A DNA stretch of 64,000 nt from Octopus vulgaris (Eukaryota): contig OX597831.1 of assembly GCA_951406725.2 (NCBI GenBank), positions 67,580,001-67,644,000 of the forward strand. The letters are read 5' to 3'. Position 1 is the first letter of the stretch, and the number at the start of each line of letters is the position of its first letter. A model generated the notes under the pieces. It saw only the letters and a list, made by a program, of their open reading frames with translations, had not been told where the DNA came from and did not search any database. Shown piece after piece: positions 23,766 through 37,020 of the stretch. A program made the translations under genes and the position numbers.

Positions 23766-24879
23766 ATATATTTACTTTTCTCTTATTGCATCTGATGACA
23801 AACCTTTAAGAGCCGAGTCAATCTATTATTAAAAATATATGTAATTTCTGTCAAATGTTTTGAATTCTTTCTTTATTTCGCTTGTTCACGCACATATGCA
23901 TATACATACATATAGATATATACTGCTTTAGTAAGAGAAAGAGAGAAAGAGGCAAAGAAGGAAAGAAAAAAGAAAGATAGAAAGAAAGAAATTAATACAA
24001 TGGTCTTTAGAATTACAATTTGTGTAAAATGCGTATTGAATTATAGACTAACAGCGAACTCGTTTGGTCTTGTTCTTTGAATATTGTCAAATTAAAAAAA
24101 GGGAAGTTATCTGAATGACTCTCATAAAGAACTGAATCAGTATTCAATGACAGTAGTAGTAAATTAGAAGAGATAGTTTACGTGTAAAGGTTTACTTCAA
24201 ACTGTTCCGAGCCCAGTAACAATCTCTGGTTATTATTGCCTCCTTTATAATCGTCAAATATCAGTGCTGCAATCAATTTTAAAATGGTGAGTGACTTCGG
24301 GTTCTTGGTTTCACAGGAATTTACTATGATGCCAGCATTATGATCAACGCCTTCAAAATCACAAATTCCACATCTTCCCCATCAGCACCATCATCATAAT
24401 AATAATCACTATTATCATTATAGTCCTAATTGCCAAAAGACAGCCTAACCAGCTTCACCATAACTACCACCACAAAACCGTCATCATCGTCATTAGTAAC
24501 TGCCGACTTCATCCTTCCCACCACCAAACTTCTCCACCTCCGTCTCCTCTCCATTTTCATGATTAACCTCAGCCACAACGACAAAGTGTAGGTAATCATA
24601 GTGATGATGATGATGATGGTGATGAGGATGATGGTGATGATGATGTAAGCTGAACTGGAAATTATTCTAATACTAGTTCGAGAAACTGAAAGTCAATAGT
24701 AGTGACGAATGAAGGACAGATGCGTGTACCAAGTTGCAAAGGGAAAAGCACTGAGCAAAACACGTTGCCAGTAAATATGTCATGAGGAGTTTGACGTGAA
24801 GAAACGCAGGCGAACGGTGATATAGTTTACTGTTGAATAAATCATTCGGGATCCAGTCAACATGTGGGAAGTCCGAGTT

Positions 24880-26250
24880 GCAACTAGCAGTCAAGATCGC
24901 GCTCTGCGGCTTATTGCTCGTTGTTTATGCACCAGTGGAGCAGATAGTTGGAATTCATCACGTACTTAAAGACTCCTGAGCACAACTCGCTTATTAATGG
25001 AGATCATGACATGTTTAGTAACGAAGCAGCACACCAAGATCGGATTCTAGAACAGTTTACGAAAAAAATGACGTAAGAGCCCCTTAAATCTGCTCGAACG
25101 GTTCCAACTTCCAAACGGATTACTCAGGACCGCCAATCTGGGAAAATCGCAGAACCACAAAACCGCAGATTCGTAGAACTGGGAAAATCGCAGCAGGTGG
25201 CCCAGACCCCTTTTTGAATGTAAAAAGTAAAAAGATTGGATTTTTTTTCTTTTTACAATTGTAAGATTTCGACAAAGTGCACGTAAAGTAGTTAGAAGCT
25301 GCTATGTATAATGTCGGTGGCCAGTATAACCCTGTGCAATCTCGGCTATATCCTTCCAGAAGAATCCTATCCTAGTGTGGTGCAACGAAGAGAGGCTTCA
25401 GTTGGGATCCAATCCATTTAGATAGCTGAAGCCAACCATTGATAGCAGCGTAGAGAAGTGATTTCAGGCTGATTTTCAAAAGTAGAAAGCTCTGTTGTAC
25501 AGTGACAACTACACAATGAGCGGCCGTAAGTGTCCACCCATCGTAATAGTTCGGTATTGCGCAATCGGCCTGTATATATATGTTCTCGCATTGGCTTTAG
25601 TACGTTTAGGCTCTTGATTAGTTACTGAGGATTTGTGATTGTAGGGACGCAGAAGAGCCATGTAAGCATATGCAGACGACGTCTCTGTCCTGATGTTAGG
25701 CATATTGGGAATTGATGTGGTCTGTGTCGTACAGAAAGAATACGCGAGGTAACAAGATAAGCATCAACCTGGATATGTTATTGGGTTTATCGGTCTACGT
25801 TGGCTAGGACAAGCCTCATGTTAGAGGACATATTCCAGTGATGACGCTTATGGTCAGGTTCGGTTCGAATTTTTACATGAATGCACAGGTGGTTAATTGC
25901 TCAGAAATGGGCTAAAATGGCTAAGAAAGAACCTACCATTGAAAGATTATGCAAACATTGCAATACCTATATAGCAATTGATCGTCGAGATTTTCCCAAC
26001 CCCATATCCTAACGCTTTGGCGCTTCTCTTCTGCTTCTTGGGGAGGGCCAAACTCTGCTTGTAGTCAATCTGCTGCTAGCACTCTATACGGAAGTTCGAG
26101 GTGCTGTGGGTGAGAACGCATAGGCAGTGCTATCTCCAAAGATTCCCAGACGTTGAGTAGGTATGGTCAATGTTCGCCTCTTTGACGGAGCTGTAGTCCT
26201 CGGTCAAGAATACAGCAAAATTAGATTTGGAATACTGCCCTCTATCACTC
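24880..26250 (+). pseudogene. Highly decayed Tx1/L1 ORF2 remnant
   Basis: gcatatgcagacgacgtc (AYADDV) at ~25666 and patches colinear with 39000-39750 (e.g. tctttgacggagctg). Confidence 0.6.
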
Positions 26251-26518
26251 ATATAATACAGTAGACAGAGTTGTTGCAGGTATGAGTGAGGACATTTTAT
26301 TCATGTTCTGTTATAGTTTTAGTTCGAATCCTGCCAAGGTTGACTTGTCTTACTTCGTGGTCAATAATACGCCAATCCAGTACTAGGCTTATATAATCGA
26401 TTGTCTATGTAAGAAACTTTATTATTATTATTATTAAGTTTATGTGACGTTAGACTCTGGGTTTGCCAAATGCACTGAGTTTACTATCCACTGAATTTCT
26501 GCTTTTGAATATTTAAAT

Positions 26519-26671
26519 GCTGTGTGGTAAGTAGCTTGCTTAACAACCACACGGTTCAGGATTCATTCCCACTGCATGGTATCTTGGGCAAGTGTCTTCT
26601 GCTATAGCCCCGGGCCGACCAATGCCTTGTGAGTGGATTTGGTAGATGGAAACTGAAAGAAGCCTGTCGTA

Positions 26672-26734
<63 letters not shown>

Positions 26735-26935
26735 TTGTGTCTGTGTTTGTCCCTCTAGCATCGCTTGACAACCGATGCTGGTGTGTTTACGCCCCCGTTA
26801 CTTAGCGGTTCGGCAAAAGAGACCGATAGAATAAGTACTAGGCTTACAAAGAATAAGTCTCGGGGTCGATTTGCTCGACTAAAGGCGGTGCTCCAGCATG
26901 GCCGCAGTCAAATGACTGAAACAAGTAAAAGAGTA
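26519..26935 (+). mobile_element. SINE family A
   Basis: Near-identical to the reverse complement of 16570-16997. Confidence 0.9.
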
Positions 26936-27340
26936 TATTACAATGAGAATTTGAACTGGCTCAGATGACCACTAGTTATCTCTGCTATATTTTATAGACA
27001 GCCTGAATTAATTTCGTTGTACGCATTGTCTCTTGTTCACTTTTGTTTTAGTATGCAGTAAAACATGCCCCACTACGGCATGATGTCTCTTATTCTTGGT
27101 CTTTTCTTTCTCTCGTTCTTATTTCCCAGCTCTCTCACTTTTGACTCTTTGTCATCCTCGATCTTAATTTCTCTCTTTTCTCTTCTCTTTCTCTCTCTTC
27201 TCCTTCTCTCTTCTGTCTCTCCTTTCTTCTCTCTCTCCTCTCTTCTCGCTCTTTCCTCTTTTCTCTCTCTCTCGCTCTTTCATCTCTCCCCCACACGATC
27301 ATTTTGACATGCTTTCAATCTCTTGCACTAGCATACAATG

Positions 27341-27647
27341 TTGTTGTTTGTTCCTTCTCGAGCCATGCCCGGCTCATAAGGTCCGGTTTCCCGGTTTCCT
27401 TGGCGTATAGATTCCCCACCTGGACGTGACGCCGGTCCGTCGCAGGTGAGCTGCAAGATGCAGGAGGAAAGAGTGAGAGAAAGTTGTGGCGGAAGAGTCA
27501 GCAGAAGTTCGCCATTACCTTCCGCCGGAGCCGCATGGAGCTTAGGTGTTTCGCTCATAAACACACATATCGCCCGGTATGAGATTCGAACCCGCGATCC
27601 CTCGACCGCGAATCCGCTGCTCTAACCACTAGGCCATGTGCCTCCAC
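27341..27647 (-). mobile_element. SINE family C
   Basis: Homologous to 21619-21910; TSD gcatacaatg. Confidence 0.9.
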
Positions 27648-27707
27648 TCGCATACAATGGGATATTTTGTTTATCTGTTCCTGTTTCAAGTGCAAGCGCA
27701 CGCACGG

Positions 27708-27746
<39 letters not shown>

Positions 27747-28090
27747 CATATTCACACACGCAAACTCAGTCTTACAATCTATCTCCTACCCTTTAAACTC
27801 TTTTTCTCTCCCTTTCTTCATCGTTTATTCTCACTCCCCGTCTGCTTCTTCCTCTCGTTGTTGTTTTTCGTCGTTTATTATGTTATTGGAATATTCTTTA
27901 TTTTACCTCTACAATGACTCTCTTATCCCTTTTTTTAAACCTGCCCATCTTTCTCCTTCTACAAGTACATCTCTCAGCCTCTTCCTGTTAATTTCCATCT
28001 GAGTTCCACATATCTCTCTTCCTGTTCTACCTGTCTCTCTCACCTATTTTTTCTCCTTTTTTAGCATCACCACAGCCACAACAACAACCT

Positions 28091-28320
28091 ATTTCTTTAC
28101 TACCAACAAGGGGCTAATCATAGAGAGGACAAACAAGGACAGACAAACGGATTAAGTCGATTATATCGACCCCAGTACGTAACAGGTACTTATTTAATCG
28201 ACCCCGAAAGGATGAAAGGCAAAGTCGATTTCGGCGGAATTTGAACTCAGAACGTAGCGGCAGACGAAATACCGCTAAGCATTTCGCCCGGCGTGCTAAC
28301 GATTCTGCCAGATCGCAGCC
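28091..28320 (-). mobile_element. SINE family B (Tx1-like tail)
   Basis: Reverse-complement match to 21197-21420. Confidence 0.9.
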
Positions 28321-28885
28321 ACAACAACAACCACTACAAGAACTAACCACAAAACAGCTGTTGTAGGAGTGCTAAACCTCATTACTTTTCGATAAAACAA
28401 CTGCTGATTCTTCTCCATTTCTCCCGCAAGTAAAAATTGGTTTAATATTTCCCGCTTTATTAACCTGCACACCTTCATATCTTCCGCTTATCTTTTCTCG
28501 TTCTTAAATTATTCCGCTGAGTCCCACCGTTAAACAACTATGTGAAGTGTCACATGATGTAAAAAAAAAACAAAAACGATAAGCATTGCACAGAGTTTCT
28601 AGATAGCTGAGATAATCTAACTCAAGGTTATAACGTACTGTGCAATTGAAAATTCATACCTCACCTTCACCAATCACCAGCACAATCAAAAGAATTGCAA
28701 ATCGTCACAAGCACTCCGTCCTTGAAGGAACTTGTTGCTAAACCCTTAGTTATTGTTATAATTATATATAAAGCTTCTTGTATAAGTTTTTACCGAATAT
28801 GGTTCTTTCCCATACCGAAACTACTTGGTAAAATTTATCAATTATAAATTAATAATTTTTTACCCTATATCTATAATGATATTAT

Positions 28886-29170
28886 AGAGGCCCACATCTC
28901 TTCAATATCCCCCCGAAGGATCTGAGAGACCTGCATGGGGAGGATGCAGATGTCTTTAAAATAAAACTGGATCTCTTCCTGTCAGGTGTCCCAGATGAAC
29001 CAACTTCACGGCAGGGGGTGCAGATGAGGGCAGCTGCATCGAGCTCTCTCGGGCACCAAATAGCATTTGCTAAAAAGCATTTGTGAAGTAAAATCATATA
29101 GCAACACCAAATGGCGGTGCCCCAGCATGGCCACAGTCCGTGAGCAGAAACTAGATAAAAATAAAATAAG
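28886..29170 (+). mobile_element. CR1-clade LINE 3' fragment
   Basis: GPHLFNI..KDLRDLHGEDADVFKIKLDLFLSGVPDEPT..RAAASSSL; 3' tail ggcggtgccccagcatggccacagtc. Confidence 0.75.
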
Positions 29171-29177
29171 AAAAATA

Positions 29178-29480
<303 letters not shown>

Positions 29481-29762
29481 TGAGTTGATGTGGGTGTGGG
29501 TGAGTGTAAATACAACTCTAAAAGCATGCTTGCATGCTGTCGGAGTTGTATTTATGTAATCGAGTGTTCAAGGATATGGGAGTATATACATGTGCGTATT
29601 GGATTATGTACATATGCACGTGTGTTCCGTACGACTGTTGGTATTCGTTATTACCAGCATTGTTGCTCTTTATCATTACTTCATTTATAATTGTTGTTAT
29701 TGTTGATGCTATTCTTCTTAGCATTTTTACGGTGCGTGCTCTCCATTACAGCTGCTTGTTTC

Positions 29763-29806
<44 letters not shown>

Positions 29807-29861
29807 TGCATACACATAGATGTCTGCATATGCATGCATACGTATGAAAATATATGCGTGC

Positions 29862-29901
<40 letters not shown>

Positions 29902-31399
29902 GTGTGTGTGTGAATTCCAGCTTGACTAATCATTGCGCACGCTACCAAATTTATTACTTACTCTCTGTTTTGTATAAGAACAGCAGTTCACAAAGACTGG
30001 GTGTGTATATCTGATAACTTTTAGCAACACAAAGCATGTGTCTTACCATCCGGTCACCTCATTTGTTTCCCAGCGTGCTGTGTTCCTCACGTACAATGTC
30101 TATGCGTATAATCTCTACAAAAACAGTTGCGACAACGCTAAATATAAATGTACACAGATATATCCTGATAGTCGTTGCTTAGCCTTCATTTCTTCAATTA
30201 AATTCAATTTGACAAAGATCTGCGCACGCCGCCGGAAACTACACCAAAAGTTACAATTCAGTTTCATAACCTTTATCTGCAAGCTAATATTAAACCAGTG
30301 AGGAATTCTGTACGAGGTCACTCTTCGTTCAAGAGATAGTAACAATACGTCCATCACATCATGCTCTATTGTCTTAACAATTCGACGACGAAAGGCACAC
30401 TGTGTCTAAAAAGGACGTAATGACTGCAACCGTAGCGTTTAGATAACAACACAACGTGATTAAATATCATCAAAGCTGAATTCTCTCATTCAAACTTTTT
30501 CTTCTCTTCTCTTTAGGAATCTTTCCCAAGGAACATAATTTTCATCTCTTCTAACAGATTCATTAGATGAAACGTGCATTCTCTATTTTTACAAGTTCAT
30601 CGGGGAAAGAGAGTCAAATTCACGCAAATTGGAAGAAGTAGTATTAGTAGTTGTAGTTTCTGAGTTAGGAAGACAAATCAATCCACTTGTGAACTAGCGA
30701 CTGTAGTGAGATGCCTTCTGAGACTTCATTGCAAGTAGTTCTGGTCATCGTTGTAGAAGTCGCAGTTCTAACAGGAGAGAAAATCCCATCAAAGCTTCAG
30801 ATGAGACACAATATTTCAATGGGCTTTTTTCTGATAGCTCAGATCTGTAAAGGACTTCAAGCTATTCAAAAGATCAACATTTTTAAAGTCCGTAATCAAT
30901 AAGTTCTCAGTAATTAAACATGAACATACATGAAAATAAACATATAGCCGTGATAGTCACCAAAGACGTGATGCATTCATCAAGTAAACAGTGTAGAAGG
31001 GCGATAATTATAATGGTGTTCTACGAAAAACACGTGATTACAGCATTTAAGTTACATAAATATTCATTTATATAACGAGCAACACTAATCGGTTTCAGCC
31101 AGCTATGGATCATATGTATAGACAGCCATGGAAATCAGGACTATTTCAACTTCATGGTGCATCATTAACCACCGAAGACTTTACGCAGAATGACAGTTAC
31201 ATTTAAGCTGCTAAAGGATGATTGCGAAAGAAAATTTCTCAAATACAAATACTGAAGACATAGAAGGGTATAGCATGCGCGACCACATATATGGAAGCCT
31301 ACATGCAAATGCAAGCGTATTATTATTTCTCCCTGTCTTTCTTTCTCTTCCTAATCTCTCACTCTGTGTGAGTGTGTGTGTGTGTATATCTCTTTCTCT

Positions 31400-31798
31400 T
31401 TTTCTCTTTTACTTGTTTCAGTCATTTGACTGCGGCCATGCTGGAGCACCGCCTTTAATCGAGCAACTCGACCCCGGAACTTATTCTTTGTAAGCCCAGT
31501 ACTTATTCTATCGGTCTCTTTTTTGCCGAACCGCTAAGTGACGGGGACGTAAACACACCAGCATCGGTTGTCAAGCGACGCTAGGGGGACAAACACAGAC
31601 ACACAAACACACACACATATATATATATACATATATACGACAGGCTTCTTTCAGTTTCCGTCTACCAAATCCACTCACAAGGCATTGGTCGGCCCGGGGC
31701 TATAGCAGAAGACACTTGCCCAAGATGCCACGCAGTGGGACTGAACCCGGAACCATGTGGTTGGTTAGCAAGCTACTTACCACACAGCCACTCCTGCG

Positions 31799-31801
<3 letters not shown>
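31400..31801 (-). mobile_element. SINE family A
   Basis: Full-length copy. Confidence 0.9.
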
Positions 31802-31843
<42 letters not shown>

Positions 31844-31943
31844 AATATATGATAATAGAATTTTCTCCCTGATAATAGTGTATATATATATATATATATA
31901 TATATTATTTTCAGGATTAAATAAAAAGACAACGGAAAATATG

Positions 31944-32020
<77 letters not shown>

Positions 32021-32514
32021 GAGAGAGTGAGAGAGAGAGAGAAACAGGTAGAGTGAGCGAGCATGAGAGAGAAAAATCAAATTCACATAACACATAAGTT
32101 GTTTTTTTTATCAAGTGTAAAATACAGAACAATGGCAAGAGTCACGTTTCCCAATATTTCTTAAATATAGATATGTATACTTTTATTCTTTTAAACATTA
32201 CTGTTTCCTTCTAGCAAAAAGCTCCACAAAAGATATTTCATAGTGTTTTATCATCTCTATTTTTCTCTATCTGTTCTCTATCGCTCTCTTATTTTTAATT
32301 GCAAATAATTCTGATGTTTTATATACCGCTTGGTAAAAAATCCCCGATTGAATATGAAAGAACCAATCATAGTTTAGCGCTGCTAGATCAGGCAGTAATT
32401 AATAGCAGATATAAAAAAATTCCTTGCAGGCTCACTGCCTTTGAAGAGATTTGTACTGGGTTGCAAGTACGTACCTATGTGCTTAATTTGAAATGCAACC
32501 ACGTGGTTTCAGCT

Positions 32515-32830
32515 TCAATCCTACTATTTAGCGTCTTGAGTCATGTGTCGTCTACTGAAGCATCAAGCTGGTCAGGCTGAAGCAAATTTGATAGTCGGAA
32601 TATGTGAGGAAACCAGTCGAGTAAATATGTTTATATGTGCTGAACTGCTAAAATCCTCAAGTTTTGTTTATTCTCTCTCTGTTTATTTTCTCTTATTCCT
32701 TTTTGCTGAAGAGCGTAGGGTCGAAACCTAAAAGACCTTTTCACTTTTCCCGAGCGTTAAACTAATATACTTGCTTGTTGTTCATACACCTGTCTTCGTC
32801 TTTTTATCTTTCTATAAATTTCAGCTATAC
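32515..32830 (+). mobile_element. Penelope-type repeat with a minimal hammerhead motif
   Basis: CTGAAGA(32706)-gcgtagggtc-GAAAC; near-identical inverted copy at 63690-64000; related fragment at 15667-16200. Confidence 0.6.
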
Positions 32831-32843
32831 ATACATACATACA

Positions 32844-32878
<35 letters not shown>

Positions 32879-34087
32879 TGTTACGAGGGTGGGACCTCCG
32901 AAAACTGTACGGAATCCCTCAGACAGGCCCGATTCGATCAGCGAATATTCTCGCCACGGAAACTCGTCGGAGAGAGGAGAGAGAGATACAATAACAACAA
33001 CCGCAAGCAGCACAGAGAGATACAGAGGCACAGCCCGGAGAGACACCAAAAGAGGCAAGGCAAAACGGCAACACTGGCTTACATTCAACAACTAGTTTAT
33101 ATGACAATCAATGGTTACAACATCAAAGCATTTAAGGCAAACAACAAATCAATACATCATACGGGTATACCACAGATCAAAGCATTTAACAACATGCATG
33201 TAACAATATAACAGTCCGGAGACACAACAAGTCATATACAGTATTTCAAAGGTACACGTCCGAAGACACAGTTCTTTTCCCAAATCACATCAACAGATAA
33301 CGTTCACAGTTCTTTATAATCTTTTTCTACACATATCAACACAATTCTGAACATAAATACCACAACTCGATAATCGACATATCGACAAGTCCTTGACTGT
33401 TCTTTTCACTGTTCAATACACCGTGACACGTATCAATACACAATCAAATACCTTAATTCCTAATTAGAATCGCCAGCGTCCCATTCCACACTCCATCTCT
33501 CCGTACCGCTAATTCCTCCGTACATATTCCCTTCTGTGCCGCCAAGTTCTCTCGCATCCCAACTTGCTCCTAAGATTCCACCGCTTGCTCCTAACTTCCA
33601 AGAATCCGACTGTGTTCTTCGAGGACCGACCACCGACTGCCCAAAACCTCACTTCCTTGTCCTGACTTCCACTACCCTAATCTCCCTCTGTCTCTATTTG
33701 TTAAATCCTCTCTATTTGCCCTCTGATTCCCTACTCTATCTCTATCGCCCGCTGCCTATCACCCTCTCTATCTGCTCTCTGATTCCTTACTCTATCTTTA
33801 TCCTCAATCTGTCCCCTAGCCTTATACTCTATCTCTCTCACTACTTTTCTTCTCTCTATCTGCTCTCAGCCCTACTGCCTATCTTTCTCACGACAGCTCT
33901 CAGATCCTTAAACTGTCTTCCTCTTCCACATTCTCACTGACCCTTTCTCGACCGGCACAAGGGCAAAGGTCCTTCCAAAAGCCATTAGTCTCCCAGTAAA
34001 CAAAGGGCTGTCACTTTTCACTCCAGGCCTGCCGGCGCCATTATTCCAAAGTGGGTCACCAATACTGCACTAGCCAAAATCCATAAC

Positions 34088-34088
<1 letters not shown>
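32879..34088. mobile_element. Probable solo LTR (~1.2 kb)
   Basis: TGTTA...TAACA termini, ATAT flanks within a TA-rich microsatellite, no coding capacity. Confidence 0.65.
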
Positions 34089-34120
<32 letters not shown>

Positions 34121-34124
34121 ACAT

Positions 34125-35041
34125 GATGATGGCTGCCCCCTCGTTATCGAGTATGGCCATTGCACGAAGCTTAACTGTTACTGGTGCTGTGATCGAATGT
34201 GACTTTTTAGCCCAGCTAAAGATCTACAATGTCTTGTACAGAATTGGCAACTAAAACCTTTACCGTTAATAGCCGGCTGTAGTTGTAACTGGGCTTCATG
34301 TACCTTTGCATGTCGTTTAAGTCCTCCTGCAGAATTACACTCTCTTCCACATGCCCGACAGATATGATTAGTATGGTGTCTAAAACCACCATCAGTGGCC
34401 AGGTTGTCACTCATCTGTCTCGCTTTATGATTGCGAAGATGACTCTTTAGTCCAGCTTTACTGAGGCAGGGTCTTGCACAGACACTGCATGTCAGCATCA
34501 TAGGAAGACCCTTCCTATCTGGAAGTGTAACAGCGATGCCCTTCTTGACATCCCTCTTTACTTTCTCATGCGCAATCGAGATTTCTCAAAAGTCGCTGTC
34601 CCCTCGTGCACAATCCTTCTCCGCCTGCTACGATCAATAGCTACGCCTTCCCATGTGTCAGGAGAGATGCAAGCATCTCTTAAGGAAGCCTTCAGCAAGT
34701 CCTTATACCTCTTTTTTAGTTTATGTGGAGGTCGTTCTCCTTTAGCTAACTCTCCATAAAAGAGTTGTTTTTGCATCCTTGAATCCTTCATCCTGACCAG
34801 ATTACCACTCCATCTGAGCCTTTGCTTTAACACAAGAGCTTCTATACTTTCACACCGAGAGCCTTCCAATATTTCAAGTTCACTGATGCGGTCCTTCCAC
34901 TTAATGCCATTGATCCGTCTGAGGCACATCTGATGGAAACGTTCCAGTTGTTTAAGGTGGTATCGATATGTGACCCACGTCTCGCAGGCATAGAGAAGAG
35001 AAGGGAGCACACATGCCTTTTACACCTTTATCTTTGTCTTT
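34125..35041 (-). mobile_element. RTE LINE 3' part (RT C-terminus, three C2H2 fingers, tail)
   Basis: LPSLLYACETW..LERFHQMCLRRI..LRWSGNLVRM..KQLFYGEL..KKRYKD; fingers in ORF 34178-34501. Confidence 0.9.
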
Positions 35042-35201
35042 CTGGTCGAGCGTCTTCAGCCTTTCTTCATAAGACAAATGCTTGAGACCAAGAACCATGC
35101 GGGTAGCCAGCATCTGGACTCTTTCGAGATGATGTATATCTTTGAGGAGATAAGGAGAAGAGGCTTGAATCCCGTACTCCAATATGGGTCTCACCAGCGT
35201 G

Positions 35202-35202
<1 letters not shown>
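35042..35202 (-). mobile_element. CR1 RT fragment
   Basis: LVRPILEYGIQASSPYLLKDIHHLERVQMLATRMVLGLKHLSYEERLKTL. Confidence 0.85.
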
Positions 35203-35297
<95 letters not shown>

Positions 35298-35298
<1 letters not shown>

Positions 35299-35563
35299 AC
35301 AATTGCAGCGTGGAAGGTGTTTATAAGCCATCTAAGAACACACAAAAACCGTTAGATTCATTTCAACATTTAAATTTAATTTGTCAAAATATTTTCATCG
35401 CTTTGAGACCGCGACCTGTTCACTGACAAAACTTCGTGCTGCAGCACGAAGTTTTGTGTTTCTTAAATGGCTTATAAACACCTTCTACGCTGCAATTGTT
35501 TTCGTTCCAGCACACGATCTCAGATCAAGTCACTCGCTGTGCAAGTACATCTCCGTAATAAAT
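35298..35563. repeat. Inverted Penelope pLTR-like repeat with a central 32-bp palindrome
   Basis: 35298-35347 is inverted at ~35452-35500; acaaaacttcgtgctgcagcacgaagttttgt at 35426-35457. Confidence 0.75.
35380..35430 (-). ncRNA. Candidate type I minimal hammerhead ribozyme, G3-C8 variant
   Basis: tttgtca-GTGAACA-g-gtcgc-ggtctcaaa-gcgat-GAAA-atat-TT-tgacaaa: 7-bp stem I, stem II, palindromic stem III. Confidence 0.6.
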
Positions 35564-35663
35564 NNNNNNNNNNNNNNNNNNNNNNNNNNNNNNNNNNNNN
35601 NNNNNNNNNNNNNNNNNNNNNNNNNNNNNNNNNNNNNNNNNNNNNNNNNNNNNNNNNNNNNNN
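35564..35663. other. Assembly gap (100 N)
   Basis: Directly visible. Confidence 1.
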
Positions 35664-36981
35664 GCTCTGAAGCCCATTTGGGGCCAGAAGAGCTATGTGA
35701 CAAGAGGGAAGCGATTTGGAACCGTGGAGGTTCGCTTCCCAACAGAGGAACTTGCAAGGGCGAACGCCATTTCGCCCTTGCAAAATGAACATTTGTTCCT
35801 CGTCCCGACGTACCTCGGGCGTAAGGTACAAAAAATAACTATAAGCACAATACCCCCGAACAGAAAATCTCATGGCTAGTGGCGGCTGTCCTCTATGGCA
35901 TAGAGGACACTGCCACTATTCTGAATGTTCGGAGGGTACGAGAAAAGAACTGGTCAGGCATGGGTATTCAACTGCTGGTACAGATCCAGCAGGAAAACAT
36001 CAATGCCATACCTGACTTTGTCATCTTGCTGGATGGGACCAGGCTAAATGTTATTGTAGAGGGGCGAAAGCCAAAATGTTTCCTCTGCAGTAGCGAAAGC
36101 CACCTAAAAAGGGACTGCCCCATTCAAAAAAGAGAATGGAGGAGTATAGCAAGAGGCAGCAGCAACAACAACAACAACAACAACACAAGCAACAACAACA
36201 GAAACAACAAAAACAGCAAGAAAAACCAAAGGCTGCCACACCACCAACACCATCACCAACACCAGCACCAAGACGAACAACACCACCTCCAACAACAACA
36301 ACCACCACCAAACCAACACCGACAACCACCACCAAACCAACACCGACACCAGTACCTCGAAGGTCGACAGCAGCGACATCAACAGTAACAGGAGCAGCGG
36401 CACCACCGATACCGGTGGAACCAGAAACTTTTCGTCCTGCTACTGAAGCAGACCCCTCAACCATTCCTTTGCCGGATGAAGAGTCGGATTGTGCGAGCTC
36501 TGATTCCAACAAAGGAGAATGGAGTATAGTGCCTCCAAAGAAGAAAAGGAGGAAGAAACAAAAAGATTTACAGGGGAAGCACGAACTAATAGTGCTTCCC
36601 AACATCAACAACAACAACACACACTCACAACAACAAACAACAACAACACTTTCGACACCACTACTGCCACTGCCACACACACAAACACACACAGACACAA
36701 TTACATCAATAAACACAAAGAACCAAAAACTAGTGGAGTACTTAAAAAACAAAACTAGTACAAATATAACCGATTTCATCATACCAACACAAAACACACC
36801 ACCAGCACACATTCTCCCAATAAAAATAAATGCAAAAACATATGATGAAATCAAACAAATATTCCCTAACGATGTGGGATCGCTAGGGAAAAGTTTCTCG
36901 AAGAAACTTTACAAAAACATTGTGGAAGCACCCGTGCAAAAGCACAAGGGAGCCACCCCCACCACCAACAACAGTAAGTAG
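35664..36981 (+). CDS. ORF1p, partial (two single-base homopolymer frameshifts at ~35855 and ~36128)
   Basis: Colinear with 40989-42842; knuckle CFLCSSESHLKRDC. Confidence 0.85.
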
Positions 36982-37020
36982 AGCCTTTTTTCTCCTTTTT
37001 TTTCCTCTAACTTTTGAAAC

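Noticed and set aside
30480-30900. Coding-like composition (also 19900-20750, 49750-50200 and 52430-53030)
   Set aside because: No sustained frame, motif or convincing splice pattern; cannot assign.
34178-34501. Host C2H2 zinc-finger gene exon
   Set aside because: Lies between RTE RT sequence and the RTE 3' tail.
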